A stretch of DNA of 64,000 nt from contig CAWFFU010000009.1 of the NCBI GenBank assembly GCA_963815215.1, positions 90,019 through 154,018 on the forward strand, in the 5' to 3' direction. The notes beneath the pieces were generated by a model that made no database searches, was not told the DNA's origin, and was given only the letters and a program-made list of their open reading frames with translations. Positions 9,320 through 19,059 of this stretch are shown here, piece by piece (within the stretch, counting starts at the first letter, position 1; the number at the start of each line of letters is the position of its first letter). Origin of the DNA: an uncultured Trueperaceae bacterium. GTDB taxonomy: Bacteria; Deinococcota; Deinococci; Deinococcales; Trueperaceae. Position numbers and translations under genes: made by a program.

Positions 9320-10111
9320 CTACCGGGTCAGCGCCCGCTCCGGCTCCGACGCGCCCAGGCCGCGCGAGATCTCGCCGGCCGCGCGCATCACGCGCTCGAC
9401 GTGGCGCCGCTGCGTGGCCGGGGTGAGGCGCGCCAGCGGCCCCGCGATGCTCAGGGCCGCCACCACAGCTCCGGCGTGATCGCGGACGGGCGCAGCGATG
9501 GAGAAGGCGCCTTCGTCGAGGTCCTCGAGGGCCACATGGTAGCCGCTGGAGCGGATCTGCGCGAGCGTCCGGAGGACGGCGTCCGGGCGCGTCTCCGTGC
9601 GTGCCGTGAAGGCCTCGAGAGGACGCTCGAGGATCGCCTCCAAGATGTGGGACGGGGCGTGCGCCAGTAGCACCATGGACGATCCGCCCGCGTGCAGGGG
9701 GCCTTCACGGCCGACCTCGGCGTACAGCCGTAGCGGCTGCTGGGATTCTTTGAGGGCCACCACCACCGACTTGGCGTTCTCACGGACCACCAGGTGGACG
9801 TTCTCCCCGGTCTCGGATACCAGGCGCTCCATGGTGGCTTCCGCGACGGTCACCAGGCTCGATTGTGCGCGGGCGCGCTCTCCCAGGAACAGGCAGGTGG
9901 CCCCCAGGAAGTAGTTGCGTGTTGCCGGATCCTTGTGCACGAAGCCGCGGCGCTCCAGCGTATACAGCAGCCGGAAGATCTGGCTCTTGGTGCTCCCCGT
10001 CCTGGAGGCGATCTCGGATACGCCGGAGTTCGGGTTGTCGGCCAGGTAGCTCAGCAGGAACAGCCCCTTGTCCAGGGCCGCGATCACATACGAAGGATGG
10101 TCATCGCTCAC
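9320..10111 (-). CDS. IclR family transcriptional regulator
   Basis: ALDKGL.LL HTH, ETGENVHL, PLHAGGSS, SIAAPVRD..G.VVAALSIAGP; GTG start inferred. Confidence 0.92.
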   Translation of the reverse strand: MSDDHPSYVIAALDKGLFLLSYLADNPNSGVSEIASRTGSTKSQIFRLLYTLERRGFVHKDPATRNYFLGATCLFLGERARAQSSLVTVAEATMERLVSETGENVHLVVRENAKSVVVALKESQQPLRLYAEVGREGPLHAGGSSMVLLAHAPSHILEAILERPLEAFTARTETRPDAVLRTLAQIRSSGYHVALEDLDEGAFSIAAPVRDHAGAVVAALSIAGPLARLTPATQRRHVERVMRAAGEISRGLGASEPERALTR

Positions 10112-10381
10112 GTTCGTCGTCTCTCCCCATCTCGGTGTCGTGCCGAGGGCCTGCCGCGCCCCCCGGCGCGCGCGGGTCGAAGCGGCGCATCCAACGCCAC
10201 GCTGGTCTCGGCGCAAGTCTTACCACGGTGGCGTCGTTCGACCGCCATGCGTAGCGCGACCGCGAGCCCGAGTGTGACCGTGGTGGACGCGCCATCTACC
10301 GTTGTAGTACCGCCGTGGTCGGCCCCCCGCCCGTGCCCGTACAGGGCAGAGACGGGTTTCGACTCGCGGCCGCGGAACAAA

Positions 10382-10411
10382 TTGACACTGGCGCCGCACC
10401 TCCTGTAGACT
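10382..10411 (+). promoter_or_regulatory. Sigma70-type promoter TTGACA-N18-TAGACT
   Basis: Consensus -35 and plausible -10 upstream of the 10611 operon. Confidence 0.6.
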
Positions 10412-10432
10412 CCGCCATATCCATTTTGCCGA

Positions 10433-10453
10433 TAGCGAAACATCGTTTTGCTA
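10433..10453. promoter_or_regulatory. Candidate IclR operator TAGCGAAAC-ATC-GTTTTGCTA
   Basis: 8/9 inverted repeat just downstream of promoter, between divergent iclR and ABC operon. Confidence 0.6.
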
Positions 10454-10610
10454 CTCAAAACGCGACCGCAGCACGGAAGGGAGAGCGAACGCCACCAGAC
10501 CTATCGGCATTGCACGTGGCCCCGTTCCCGTCGGCCCCACACATTGGCGCACCCCCCGCTCCTCGGTCCGAACCCCTGGAGCTGCGCCGTTCCCCGCCCC
10601 AGGAGGCACC

Positions 10611-12200
10611 ATGAGAAGACAGCTGCTCCGGCTCCTCGTCGCCGGCCTCGCCTTCCTCGCGCTCGGCGCTACGTTCGCGCAGAGCCAAGCCTACGATCCG
10701 AACGCGGTCATCAACATGGCGACCAACGCCGACCCGACGTTCAACCCCTGGTACCCGGGCGTCGGCATCGAGTCGGACCTGATCAACTCGATGATCTTCG
10801 AGGGGTTGACGCGCTGGGACGGTAACGCCCTCCCGTCGCCGGCCCTGGCCACGAAGTGGTCGGTGTCCCAGGACGGTCTGACCTGGACGTTCGATCTACG
10901 CCCGAACGTGACGTGGCAGGACGGCAAGCCGTTCACGGCCGACGACGTCGCCTTCACGTTCAACAAGATCGTCTTGAACGAGGCCCTCGGGGCGAACAAC
11001 GCGAACATCTACACGCCCGTAGACCACGTGGAAGTGGTCAACCCGCTGCAGGTCAAGTTCATCCTGAAGTCGCCCTTCTCGAGCCTGCCGGCCTACCTCG
11101 CGTACTACGAGGGCATCCTTCCGAAGCACATCTTCGAAGGCGTGGCCGACCCGTTCAAGTTGAGCTCCTTCAACAAGGAGCACCCCGTCGGCACCGGCCC
11201 CTTCATGGTTGAGAAGTATGTGTCCGGCGCGTATGTCCGGCTCGTGCGCAACCCCAACTACTGGGGCGGCAAGCCAAAGCTGGCGGGCGCGGTGTTCAAG
11301 GTCGTTCCTGAGCCCGATGCCCAGGTCGCCCAGATGCTCTCCGGTGGGCTCGACCTCATCCGCGTCGAGAACCCCACGCTGCTGACCCGCCTGAAGAACC
11401 AGCCCGGCCTCTCGCTCGACCAGCAGTCGGAGAACGTCTACTTCTTCGTGATCCTGCACCAGACCGACCCGCGCTTCCAGGACGTCCGCGTGCGCCAGGC
11501 GCTGCTCTACGCCATCGACCGCAAGGCCATCGTGCAGTCGGTCCTGAAGGGCTACGGCGAGGTGGCGACGGGCCCGATCGCCCCGGTCCAGAAGGCGTAC
11601 TACGATCCCAACGTGAAGCAGTACCCCTACGATCCAGCGCAGGCCAAGAAGCTGTTGGCGGAGGCCGGTTACACGCCCGGTGCCGACGGCACCCTGCAGA
11701 AGGACGGCAAGCCGCTCGAGATCACCATCGACCAGGGCCAGTTCGGTCAGCTCGTGCCGATCGCGCTGCTGGTGCAGCAGTACTGGCAAGACATCGGCGT
11801 CAAGGTGAAGATGAACATCATGGACTGGAACTCGTACTTGACCAAGACGTACGTCAAGCGCGACTACGAGGCCACGGTGTGCTGGTGGCGGACGCCGACC
11901 ACGCCCGACGTCTCCCCGTACTACCTGTCGTCGGCGGCCGGCCAGGGCAACAACTGGCCCGACTACAAGAGCCCCGAACTCGACAAGCTGCTGAACGCCG
12001 AGCTCGCGGCGACCAGCCAGGAGGCGAAGGTCGCGACGACGAAGAAGATCCAGGAGTTCGTCGCCGAACAGCTTCCCTACCTCTACCTCTACTACCCGCA
12101 GACGGTCGTCGTGCGTAAGTCCAACCTGCAGGGCCTGCTGAAGATCAACCTGCCGGCGGCCTTCCAGCACACCGAAGACTGGTACGTCGCGAAGAAGTAG
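10611..12200 (+). CDS. Peptide ABC transporter substrate-binding protein (family 5)
   Basis: AGGAGG RBS; signal peptide; PALATKWSVSQDGLTWTFDLR, PVGTGPF. Confidence 0.92.
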   Translation: MRRQLLRLLVAGLAFLALGATFAQSQAYDPNAVINMATNADPTFNPWYPGVGIESDLINSMIFEGLTRWDGNALPSPALATKWSVSQDGLTWTFDLRPNVTWQDGKPFTADDVAFTFNKIVLNEALGANNANIYTPVDHVEVVNPLQVKFILKSPFSSLPAYLAYYEGILPKHIFEGVADPFKLSSFNKEHPVGTGPFMVEKYVSGAYVRLVRNPNYWGGKPKLAGAVFKVVPEPDAQVAQMLSGGLDLIRVENPTLLTRLKNQPGLSLDQQSENVYFFVILHQTDPRFQDVRVRQALLYAIDRKAIVQSVLKGYGEVATGPIAPVQKAYYDPNVKQYPYDPAQAKKLLAEAGYTPGADGTLQKDGKPLEITIDQGQFGQLVPIALLVQQYWQDIGVKVKMNIMDWNSYLTKTYVKRDYEATVCWWRTPTTPDVSPYYLSSAAGQGNNWPDYKSPELDKLLNAELAATSQEAKVATTKKIQEFVAEQLPYLYLYYPQTVVVRKSNLQGLLKINLPAAFQHTEDWYVAKK

Positions 12201-12212
12201 TCCTCGCGAAGC

Positions 12213-12241
12213 TGTGGGCGGGAGCCGCGCTCCCGCCCACA
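12213..12241. terminator. Stem-loop after SBP gene (13-bp stem)
   Basis: TGTGGGCGGGAGC-CGC-GCTCCCGCCCACA. Confidence 0.6.
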
Positions 12242-12277
12242 CGCCTATCTTGATCAGGCAGGGACAGGGATCCGATC

Positions 12278-13222
12278 ATGCTGCCTAGAATTCTCCGACG
12301 GTTGGGCCAGGGGCTCTTCGTTCTCTTCCTGGTGACGATCTTCACCTTCATCCTGGTTCATCTCGCTCCCGGCGGTCCGTCGACGGTCATGAGGATGGGC
12401 TCCACGGCCGCGGAGCGCGAGGCGCTCCGGCACTCGCTCGGCCTGGATCGCCCACTCCCCGTGCAGTACCTCACCTGGATCGGCGGCGTGGTGCGGGGCG
12501 ACTTCGGGGCCTCTCTGACGGGCGGTGAGGCCGTCGGACCGTTGATCGCGCAGAGGCTCTGGAACACCGTCAAGCTGGGCGCGGCCGTGTTCGTGCTCAT
12601 CGTCGTGTTCGGAACGCTGTTCGGCGTGCTGGCCGCGCTGCGGCGCAACAGCTGGCTGGACTTCCTGGTCAACTTGCTGTCGACGCTGGGAATGTCGGTC
12701 CCCGACTTCTGGCTCGGCATCATGGCGATCCTGCTGTTCGCCGTGGAGCTCCACTGGTTCCCGGCGTCGAGCACCATCGACGCGAGCTCGACCGGCGTGC
12801 TCGAGCTGATCCCCTATCTCGTGTTGCCCGTCACGGTGCTCACCTTCGCGGTCATCCCCAACATCGTGCGCTACGCCCGAGCCGCCATGCTCGAGGCGAT
12901 GGGCGCCGACTACGTCCGCACGGCGCGGAGCAAGGGCCTGCGCCAGACCACCGTGGTCATGAAGCACGCGTTCAAGAACGCGCTCATCTCGGTCGTCTCC
13001 ATGTTGGGCATGCTCCTGCCGGTGCTGCTGAGTGGCGCCGTCATCACCGAGAGCGTGTTCGGCTGGCCGGGCATCGGGCGGCTGGCGGTGGAGGCGGCGA
13101 TGAACCGCAACTACCCCGTCATCATGGGCGTGACAGTAGTTGCCGGTGCCATCGTGATCGTCACCAACATCGTGGTGGACACCGTCTACATCCTCATCGA
13201 CCCGAGGATCGCGCATGGCTGA
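12278..13222 (+). CDS. Peptide ABC transporter permease (OppB/DppB-like)
   Basis: LGLDRPLPVQY, DYVRTARSKGL, ESVFGWPGIG. Confidence 0.92.
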   Translation: MLPRILRRLGQGLFVLFLVTIFTFILVHLAPGGPSTVMRMGSTAAEREALRHSLGLDRPLPVQYLTWIGGVVRGDFGASLTGGEAVGPLIAQRLWNTVKLGAAVFVLIVVFGTLFGVLAALRRNSWLDFLVNLLSTLGMSVPDFWLGIMAILLFAVELHWFPASSTIDASSTGVLELIPYLVLPVTVLTFAVIPNIVRYARAAMLEAMGADYVRTARSKGLRQTTVVMKHAFKNALISVVSMLGMLLPVLLSGAVITESVFGWPGIGRLAVEAAMNRNYPVIMGVTVVAGAIVIVTNIVVDTVYILIDPRIAHG

Positions 13223-14111
13223 GCTCGCAGACCTGGAGATGCGGGCCGCTACCGGGGCCGTCCCCGCCGGCGGCTCGTCCCGCCCCTCGGCCCTGCGTCG
13301 CCTGTTGCGCCAGCGCATGGGCGTGCTGGCGCTGGCGCTCCTGATCCCGCTCTACCTGGCCGCCTTCCTGGGTCCGGTGCTGTACCCCGTATCGCCGACC
13401 GCCACCGACCCCCTGCACTCCAACGCGGTGATGAGCGCCGCCCACCCGCTCGGCACCGATGAGCTGGGGCGTGACGAGCTGGCGCGCCTGCTCCACGGCG
13501 GACGGGTCACGCTGTCGGTGGGCCTGGTGTCGATGCTGGTGGCGCTCGCCGCGGGTTTGCTGGTCGGGGGCGTGGCGGGCTACTACTCGGGCTGGGTCGA
13601 GGTGGCGCTGATGCGCTTCGTCGATATGTTCATGTCGATCCCGCCGTTCTTCCTGATCCTGGTCGAGCTGGCGGTGTTCGGGAACTCGCCGCCGGTGGTG
13701 ATCGTGGTGGTGGGGCTCAGTTACTGGGGTCAGATCGCGCGCGTGGTGTACGCGGAGTTCCTGCGCTTCAGGAAGGCCGAGTTCGTCGAGGCGATGTCCG
13801 CGCTGGGCGCGCGCGGCCCGAGGATCCTGTTCCGCCACATCCTGCCCCAGGTCGTTCCCTCCGCGGTGGTGTTGGCCACGCTGGTGATCGCATGGTCGAT
13901 CCTCACGGCGGCTGCTCTCAGCTACCTCGGGCTGGGCATCCAACCTCCCCTGGCGTCGTGGGGGAACATGCTGCAGAACGCCCAGTCCTACATCTGGCTG
14001 GACACCAAGCTGGCGGTCTTCCCCGGCGTGCTGATCGGTGCGTCGGTGCTGTCGTTCAACCTGCTGGGCAACGCCCTGCGGGACGTCCTCGATCCGAAGA
14101 GCGCGAGGTGA
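13215..14111 (+). CDS. Peptide ABC transporter permease (OppC/DppC-like)
   Basis: HPLGTDELGRD, LSYLGLGIQPP..SWGNM, LRDVLDP. Confidence 0.92.
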   Translation: MAELADLEMRAATGAVPAGGSSRPSALRRLLRQRMGVLALALLIPLYLAAFLGPVLYPVSPTATDPLHSNAVMSAAHPLGTDELGRDELARLLHGGRVTLSVGLVSMLVALAAGLLVGGVAGYYSGWVEVALMRFVDMFMSIPPFFLILVELAVFGNSPPVVIVVVGLSYWGQIARVVYAEFLRFRKAEFVEAMSALGARGPRILFRHILPQVVPSAVVLATLVIAWSILTAAALSYLGLGIQPPLASWGNMLQNAQSYIWLDTKLAVFPGVLIGASVLSFNLLGNALRDVLDPKSAR

Positions 14112-14115
14112 GCCG

Positions 14116-15591
14116 GTGAACGTACGAGACTGGGAAGCGCTGCTGGGCGTGCTGCGCCCGCGTCTGGCGTCTCTGCGCGTGCGCGTGTACGGCAGCGGAG
14201 GCGCGCCGTTCCATCATCTCGCGCTGGCGTCGCTGTTCGGGGCCGAGGTCGAACCCATCGCCGCCGAGCGGATCCGCGCCGGCGCGCTCGAGGACGCGGA
14301 CGTGCTCGTGATGCCCGGCGGCGGCGTGCGCGCCATGAGCGGGCTGCTCGAGCCCCTCGGCGTCGACGGCGCCCAGACGGTACGCGGCTGGGTCGAGCGG
14401 GGCGGCATGTACGTCGGGTCCTGCGCGGGCTCGTTCCTGCCGGCCGCGGTCGGGGAGTCGTTCTGGAACGACAACCCGCAGGCCCGTGAGCTGTGCATGG
14501 TCAACGCGCAACTCTTCAACCGCGCGGATAGCGAGTGGGCGGGCCTCACCTCGCCGGGCGTCGGGACCGTGCACGTCAAGACCGAACGACCGCGTCACTG
14601 GCTGGGCCGCGGGTTGCCCACGCAGTTCCGACTGGTGCACTACAACGGCCCGATGTTCGCGGCCCGGCCGGGCCGGCCACCGGCCCCGGAGCGGGTGGGC
14701 GGCGCGACGCTGTCCGAGGTGACGGGCGTGGCGCGCTTCCTGGAGGCCACCGAGGACTTCACCCCCGGCGAGGCGTTCCTGGGGGCGCCGCCGGCCGGTC
14801 CCACACTGTTCGAGAGCGGCGTCGCCGACGGGGCGTACAGTGCCGTCGCGGGCGGATACGGTGACGGCCGCGTCGTGCTCTTCGGCTCTCATCCGGAGTT
14901 CGGGCTCGACGGGGTGCAGCTCGGTTGGGACGAGGGTGTCCGCCTGTTCGCCAACGCGCTTCTCCACCAGGCCGGCCGGTCCGGCCGATCGAGCGAGGGC
15001 GCCCGCGCGGCGAGCGCCGGCGCCAGCCCATCGGACGGCGCGGCGGCCGCGGATGCGCTGGCCCGCGCCGCGACACTGGCGCGGGAGAACGCGGCGCGGT
15101 TCACCGAGCTCGCCGCGGTCGAGCCGGGGCGGTGGGCAGCGCCCGGCGCGGCGGCGCGCTTCCTCGGCCTGGAGGCGCGTGAGCTGTGGCTCCGGGCCGC
15201 ACTGGACGCCGCCGCTGCGAGTGAGGCGACCGCCACCTACCTGGAGGGTCTGGAGCCGACAGGGGCCGCTCGGCGCACGCTCGAGCCGTGGCTCCACGCC
15301 CGTGCGCCCGAGGGCCAGGACTACGGCTTCGTGGGGCTGCTACCTCTGCTGGAGCGCGTGGGCGCGATGCAGGCCGCCGCTCTCGATGCCATCGACGCGA
15401 CCGAACCGTACGGGCTGCAGGGGCCCTACGACGCCATGGACCGGCATCCCTACCAGCTCGCGCTGAGCTCATACCTGAGCGCGGCGGGCGTGGCCGCTTC
15501 GGGACTCCTGTGCGGGGTGGTGGTGGGGAGGCTTCTCGGGGACGACACGCTGCTTCCGTCCCCGCGGTTGCTGGCCGACCTGCACGGTTGA
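14116..15591 (+). CDS. BPL_N / class I glutamine amidotransferase-like domain protein with helical C-terminal extension
   Basis: VRVY.SGG, DVLVMPGG, WVERGGMYVGSCAG (nucleophile elbow Cys), YNGP, GSHPE (His-x-Glu); no biotin-ligase catalytic domain. Confidence 0.72.
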   Translation: MNVRDWEALLGVLRPRLASLRVRVYGSGGAPFHHLALASLFGAEVEPIAAERIRAGALEDADVLVMPGGGVRAMSGLLEPLGVDGAQTVRGWVERGGMYVGSCAGSFLPAAVGESFWNDNPQARELCMVNAQLFNRADSEWAGLTSPGVGTVHVKTERPRHWLGRGLPTQFRLVHYNGPMFAARPGRPPAPERVGGATLSEVTGVARFLEATEDFTPGEAFLGAPPAGPTLFESGVADGAYSAVAGGYGDGRVVLFGSHPEFGLDGVQLGWDEGVRLFANALLHQAGRSGRSSEGARAASAGASPSDGAAAADALARAATLARENAARFTELAAVEPGRWAAPGAAARFLGLEARELWLRAALDAAAASEATATYLEGLEPTGAARRTLEPWLHARAPEGQDYGFVGLLPLLERVGAMQAAALDAIDATEPYGLQGPYDAMDRHPYQLALSSYLSAAGVAASGLLCGVVVGRLLGDDTLLPSPRLLADLHG

Positions 15592-15630
15592 ACCGGGCGC
15601 CGCTCCGGCCGGTCGCGGCTCGACGCTGAC

Positions 15631-15668
15631 AGCAGGGCCCCAGCCGGTGTCGGCACTGGGGCCCTGTT
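15631..15668. terminator. Hairpin between convergent genes (probable bidirectional terminator)
   Basis: AGCAGGGCCCCAG...CTGGGGCCCTGTT. Confidence 0.65.
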
Positions 15669-15705
15669 CGTGACGATGGAGAGCGTTACGCCCCGGTCGG
15701 ACGGG

Positions 15706-16908
15706 CTAGCGGTACCAGGCCTCCTGCAGCACGCGGAAGACGTTGCCGCCGATGGCCTTGCCGATGTCCTCGTCTGAGTAGCCGTGCTTGACGAGCCAGC
15801 GCACGATGTTCGGGAAGGTCTCGCCCGGGTTCTCCAGACCCTCGACGTACGGCACCTCGGGGTACGGCCGGTTTCCGCGCGAGGCGCCGATGGAGAGCTG
15901 CTCGGCGAGCGCGTGGTGGAGGCCGACGTGATCGCCGAACAGCGCGTCGGGACCGAAGGCGACGTGGTCGATACCGACCAGGTCGACGCAGTACTCGAAG
16001 TGTTCCATGAACGACTCGATCGAGTGGCGCGGCTGCTTCTCGGTGATGGTGGTATGAGGAGCCGCTTCTATGCCGATCACGCCGCCCTTCTCCGCGCACG
16101 CCTTGATGACGTCGTCGGGCTTCAGGCGGTTGCTGTTCCATAGCGCGCGGGCACCGGCGTGGGTGATGAAGATGGGCTTCTCGCTGACCTCGATGGTATC
16201 GAGGGCCGTCTGGTCGCCGGAGTGCGAGACGTCGATGGCGATGCCGAGCTTGTTCATGCGCTTCACGGCCTGCCGCCCGAAGACGGTCAGGCCGCCGTCG
16301 CGGGGTTCCTTCAGGCCGGCGCCGAGGGCGTTGCCCTCGCTGTAGGCGATGCCGAGGGCGCGCACGCCCAGCCCGTAGAGGACGTCGATGCGGTCGAGCT
16401 CGTTCTCGATCATGGCGGCACCCTCGATGCTCACCACGAAGGCGATCTTGCCGTTCTCCCGGGCGTGGACGAGGTCCTCGGTCGTCGTCGCCAGAACCAC
16501 CATGTCCTGGTGCGCGATGTCCGACAGCCGCATGCCGATGTCGAACACGACATCGTCCCACTTCCAGCCGGCGCGCGAGGTCACCATGGCGGTGCCGTCC
16601 ATCATGTTGTCGAACACCACGTCCAGGCCCGAATGCGCCAGGCCCTCGTAGCCGGTGAAGTCGCGGCCCTGTCGGCGGAACTCCATGAAGCCGTCGAGGT
16701 TCTCGGGTGCCACGAAGCAGTGGTCGTGGAGCGAGATGACGAGGTTCTCCTCGAAGAGCCGAACGACCCGCGCCTCCTGCTCGGTGTCGAGCGGGATCGA
16801 GAAGGCGGGGACCCGACCCACCTCCTTGGCCAGCGGGTAGGCCTTGTAGTCCACGCCGGGCTCGAGGTACTGGAACGAGCGGTAGCCCTTGTACTGTTTC
16901 GGTTTCAC
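15706..16908 (-). CDS. Membrane dipeptidase family (M19) metallo-dipeptidase
   Basis: SLHDH, SIEGA, GLTVFGRQAVKRMN.LG..IDVSH, ITH, GIDHVAFGPD; GAGGAGG RBS. Confidence 0.9.
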   Translation of the reverse strand: MKPKQYKGYRSFQYLEPGVDYKAYPLAKEVGRVPAFSIPLDTEQEARVVRLFEENLVISLHDHCFVAPENLDGFMEFRRQGRDFTGYEGLAHSGLDVVFDNMMDGTAMVTSRAGWKWDDVVFDIGMRLSDIAHQDMVVLATTTEDLVHARENGKIAFVVSIEGAAMIENELDRIDVLYGLGVRALGIAYSEGNALGAGLKEPRDGGLTVFGRQAVKRMNKLGIAIDVSHSGDQTALDTIEVSEKPIFITHAGARALWNSNRLKPDDVIKACAEKGGVIGIEAAPHTTITEKQPRHSIESFMEHFEYCVDLVGIDHVAFGPDALFGDHVGLHHALAEQLSIGASRGNRPYPEVPYVEGLENPGETFPNIVRWLVKHGYSDEDIGKAIGGNVFRVLQEAWYR

Positions 16909-16950
16909 ACCTAGGACCTCCTCGGGTGGGGTTCGCGCCGGCGGGCCCGG

Positions 16951-18675
16951 CTAGGGCAGGGCCCGCTCGACGCGCCGGGTGGCGTCGCGAAGGGTCGCGA
17001 TGACACGATTGCGACCCCGTAGCAGCTCCATCTGCGCGAAGCCCACCTTGTCCGCCGGCATCCCGGCGAGATCGCGGGCCAGGGCGAGGTCGGGGAGCTG
17101 GGGGATGGTGAGGGCGGGGTCGTGCCGGAATGCGCCCTGCGTCGTGAAGTTGATGGGAACGAGTAGGCGCGCCAGCGTCTGGATGACGTCGTTCGCCTCC
17201 GCCGCCGCCACGCCGCCGTTCGCCACGCCCGCATAGAAGCGTTCCAGGGCGCGATCCAGGGTGCCGACCGCTTCCACGGCCGGGGCCAGGTCGAAGCGCT
17301 CGCCGGCCGCGCTCTGGTAGCGTGCCAGGACCTGGTGGAACTCGGCCGTGGTGGCGCGCCAGTCGAACGGAAGGACGTCGACGTTGGCGTTGCGGAAGGC
17401 CGCCAACGCGTAGATCTTGATGTCGTCGAGGAGGATGTCGCGATCGGCGATCTCGAGCGTATCGTTCTCGGTGTGCCAGGCGATGTTGCCGCCGCAGCCG
17501 CCGACGCCGTAGTAGCCCTTGGTCCCGCGCAGGTCGTCGGGCATGGTCGACAGGAGCATGAAGTAGCCGCTGATGCCGATGTTGTTGAACGAGTAGTCGC
17601 CGGCCTGGGCGGCGCGCTCCGCCACCATGGCCTTGCCGGTGACGTCGCGGATGATGCCGGCCGCGAAGGGCTCGGTCTCCGCGGTCAGGGATACGTCCTT
17701 GTACTCGGTTGCCCAGCGGCAGCCTGGGGAGTCGCAGTTGATCTGCGAAACGCAGTCCTCGTACAGATCGAGCGCGAAGGTGTCGGCGAACCAGGTGCTG
17801 CCGGCGTAGCGGCCGGTGGAGTGCCCGGGCCACCAGGCGATGCGCACGGAACGGCGCAGGTCGGCCTGGTGCGCCTTCAGGACCCGTGCTACCTCGAGCA
17901 TGGTGGCGTCGCCGGTGGCATTGTCGCCGATGCCGATGCCCCAGGAGTCATAGTGGCCGTGGAGGAGGACGAACTTGTCGGGCTCGACGCGGCCGCGGAT
18001 CTCGACGACCGGGACCTTGGAGACGAACCAGCCCTCCTCCATCTCGGCGAACACGGTGACGGTGGCGTTCTCGGCAGCGAGCGCCTTCAGGCGGTCGCCG
18101 TCGGGGCGGTTGACCGCGACGGCCGGGATGCCCGGCTTGCGGTCGAGATCGTTCAGGCCAGGCGTACCCCACACGGTGGTGCACGTGCCCCAGTGGATGT
18201 CCTGCCCCGGATTGATGGCGATCATCCCGAGGGCGCCGGCCGCTTCGAAGTGAGCGGTGTTGGCGGGGCTCGCGAACCCCTCGGTCAGCACGATCTTGCC
18301 CTTCACGTCGACCTGTCGCGCGGCCTCGACGTCGAGCGTGTCGAAGACGTCGTCGCTTCCGGCAGCGAAGGTCGCCGGTACGTAGACCAGGGGAGCGGCC
18401 AGACCGTCGCGCGAGTCCACGCTGTAGGAGGGGGGCTTGGCCCGGAACGTCGCGCCGCCCGCCTCCACCCGCGCGCTCTTGGGCAGGCTCAGGTAGAGTT
18501 CGGGCTCGTGGACCGTGACCGGGATGTCCAGGGCCCTCAGGCGCTCGACGAGCGCGTCGGCGGCTCGGTTCGCTTCCGTCGGGTGTTCGCGCACGATCTC
18601 CGCGAACCGTTCGATCAACGCCCACGGCGCGTCCAGCGAGACGTCGGCCAGCAGGCTCCGCTCTAGATCGTTCAT
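16951..18675 (-). CDS. M28 family peptidase with PA domain, atypical active site
   Basis: DVKGKIVL (PA), HGHYDSW..G.GDNATG, WWPGHSTGRYAGS, NCDSPG, WHT..D; AGGAG RBS. Confidence 0.85.
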   Translation of the reverse strand: MNDLERSLLADVSLDAPWALIERFAEIVREHPTEANRAADALVERLRALDIPVTVHEPELYLSLPKSARVEAGGATFRAKPPSYSVDSRDGLAAPLVYVPATFAAGSDDVFDTLDVEAARQVDVKGKIVLTEGFASPANTAHFEAAGALGMIAINPGQDIHWGTCTTVWGTPGLNDLDRKPGIPAVAVNRPDGDRLKALAAENATVTVFAEMEEGWFVSKVPVVEIRGRVEPDKFVLLHGHYDSWGIGIGDNATGDATMLEVARVLKAHQADLRRSVRIAWWPGHSTGRYAGSTWFADTFALDLYEDCVSQINCDSPGCRWATEYKDVSLTAETEPFAAGIIRDVTGKAMVAERAAQAGDYSFNNIGISGYFMLLSTMPDDLRGTKGYYGVGGCGGNIAWHTENDTLEIADRDILLDDIKIYALAAFRNANVDVLPFDWRATTAEFHQVLARYQSAAGERFDLAPAVEAVGTLDRALERFYAGVANGGVAAAEANDVIQTLARLLVPINFTTQGAFRHDPALTIPQLPDLALARDLAGMPADKVGFAQMELLRGRNRVIATLRDATRRVERALP

Positions 18676-18715
18676 GGGTCCTCTCCTTCGAGGCCACGGC
18701 GCATGCAGGTTTTAG

Positions 18716-18738
18716 TAGACGAAACGCCGTTTCACCTA
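18716..18738. promoter_or_regulatory. Candidate operator TAGACGAAAC-GCC-GTTTCACCTA
   Basis: 8/10 inverted repeat 40 bp upstream of M28 start; same core as 10433-10453. Confidence 0.55.
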
Positions 18739-19059
18739 GGAATATGCGGATGGTATCGCACCGGCGCGGGCGAGCGCAAGGGGAGATCCCGAGCCGGGCC
18801 CGTGGAGACGGACGACTACCACGTGGAATCCAAGGGTCGCCTCTCCCGGACGGCGTTGCTCGGGCGTAGCGACGCGTGCGTCGGGGAGGATGTCCGGTCA
18901 CGCGAGCCTTCCGCCGCCGGACTCCAGCGCGTTGCCATGGATCGCAACGTCCCGCTGTCGTCGAGGCTGCACACGAATGCGCGAATGCATACTATGTTCG
19001 CATATCCAGACGGCGGCGCCGCATGGGCGCCGTCATCGCTCCGGCCCCGAAGGGACCCC

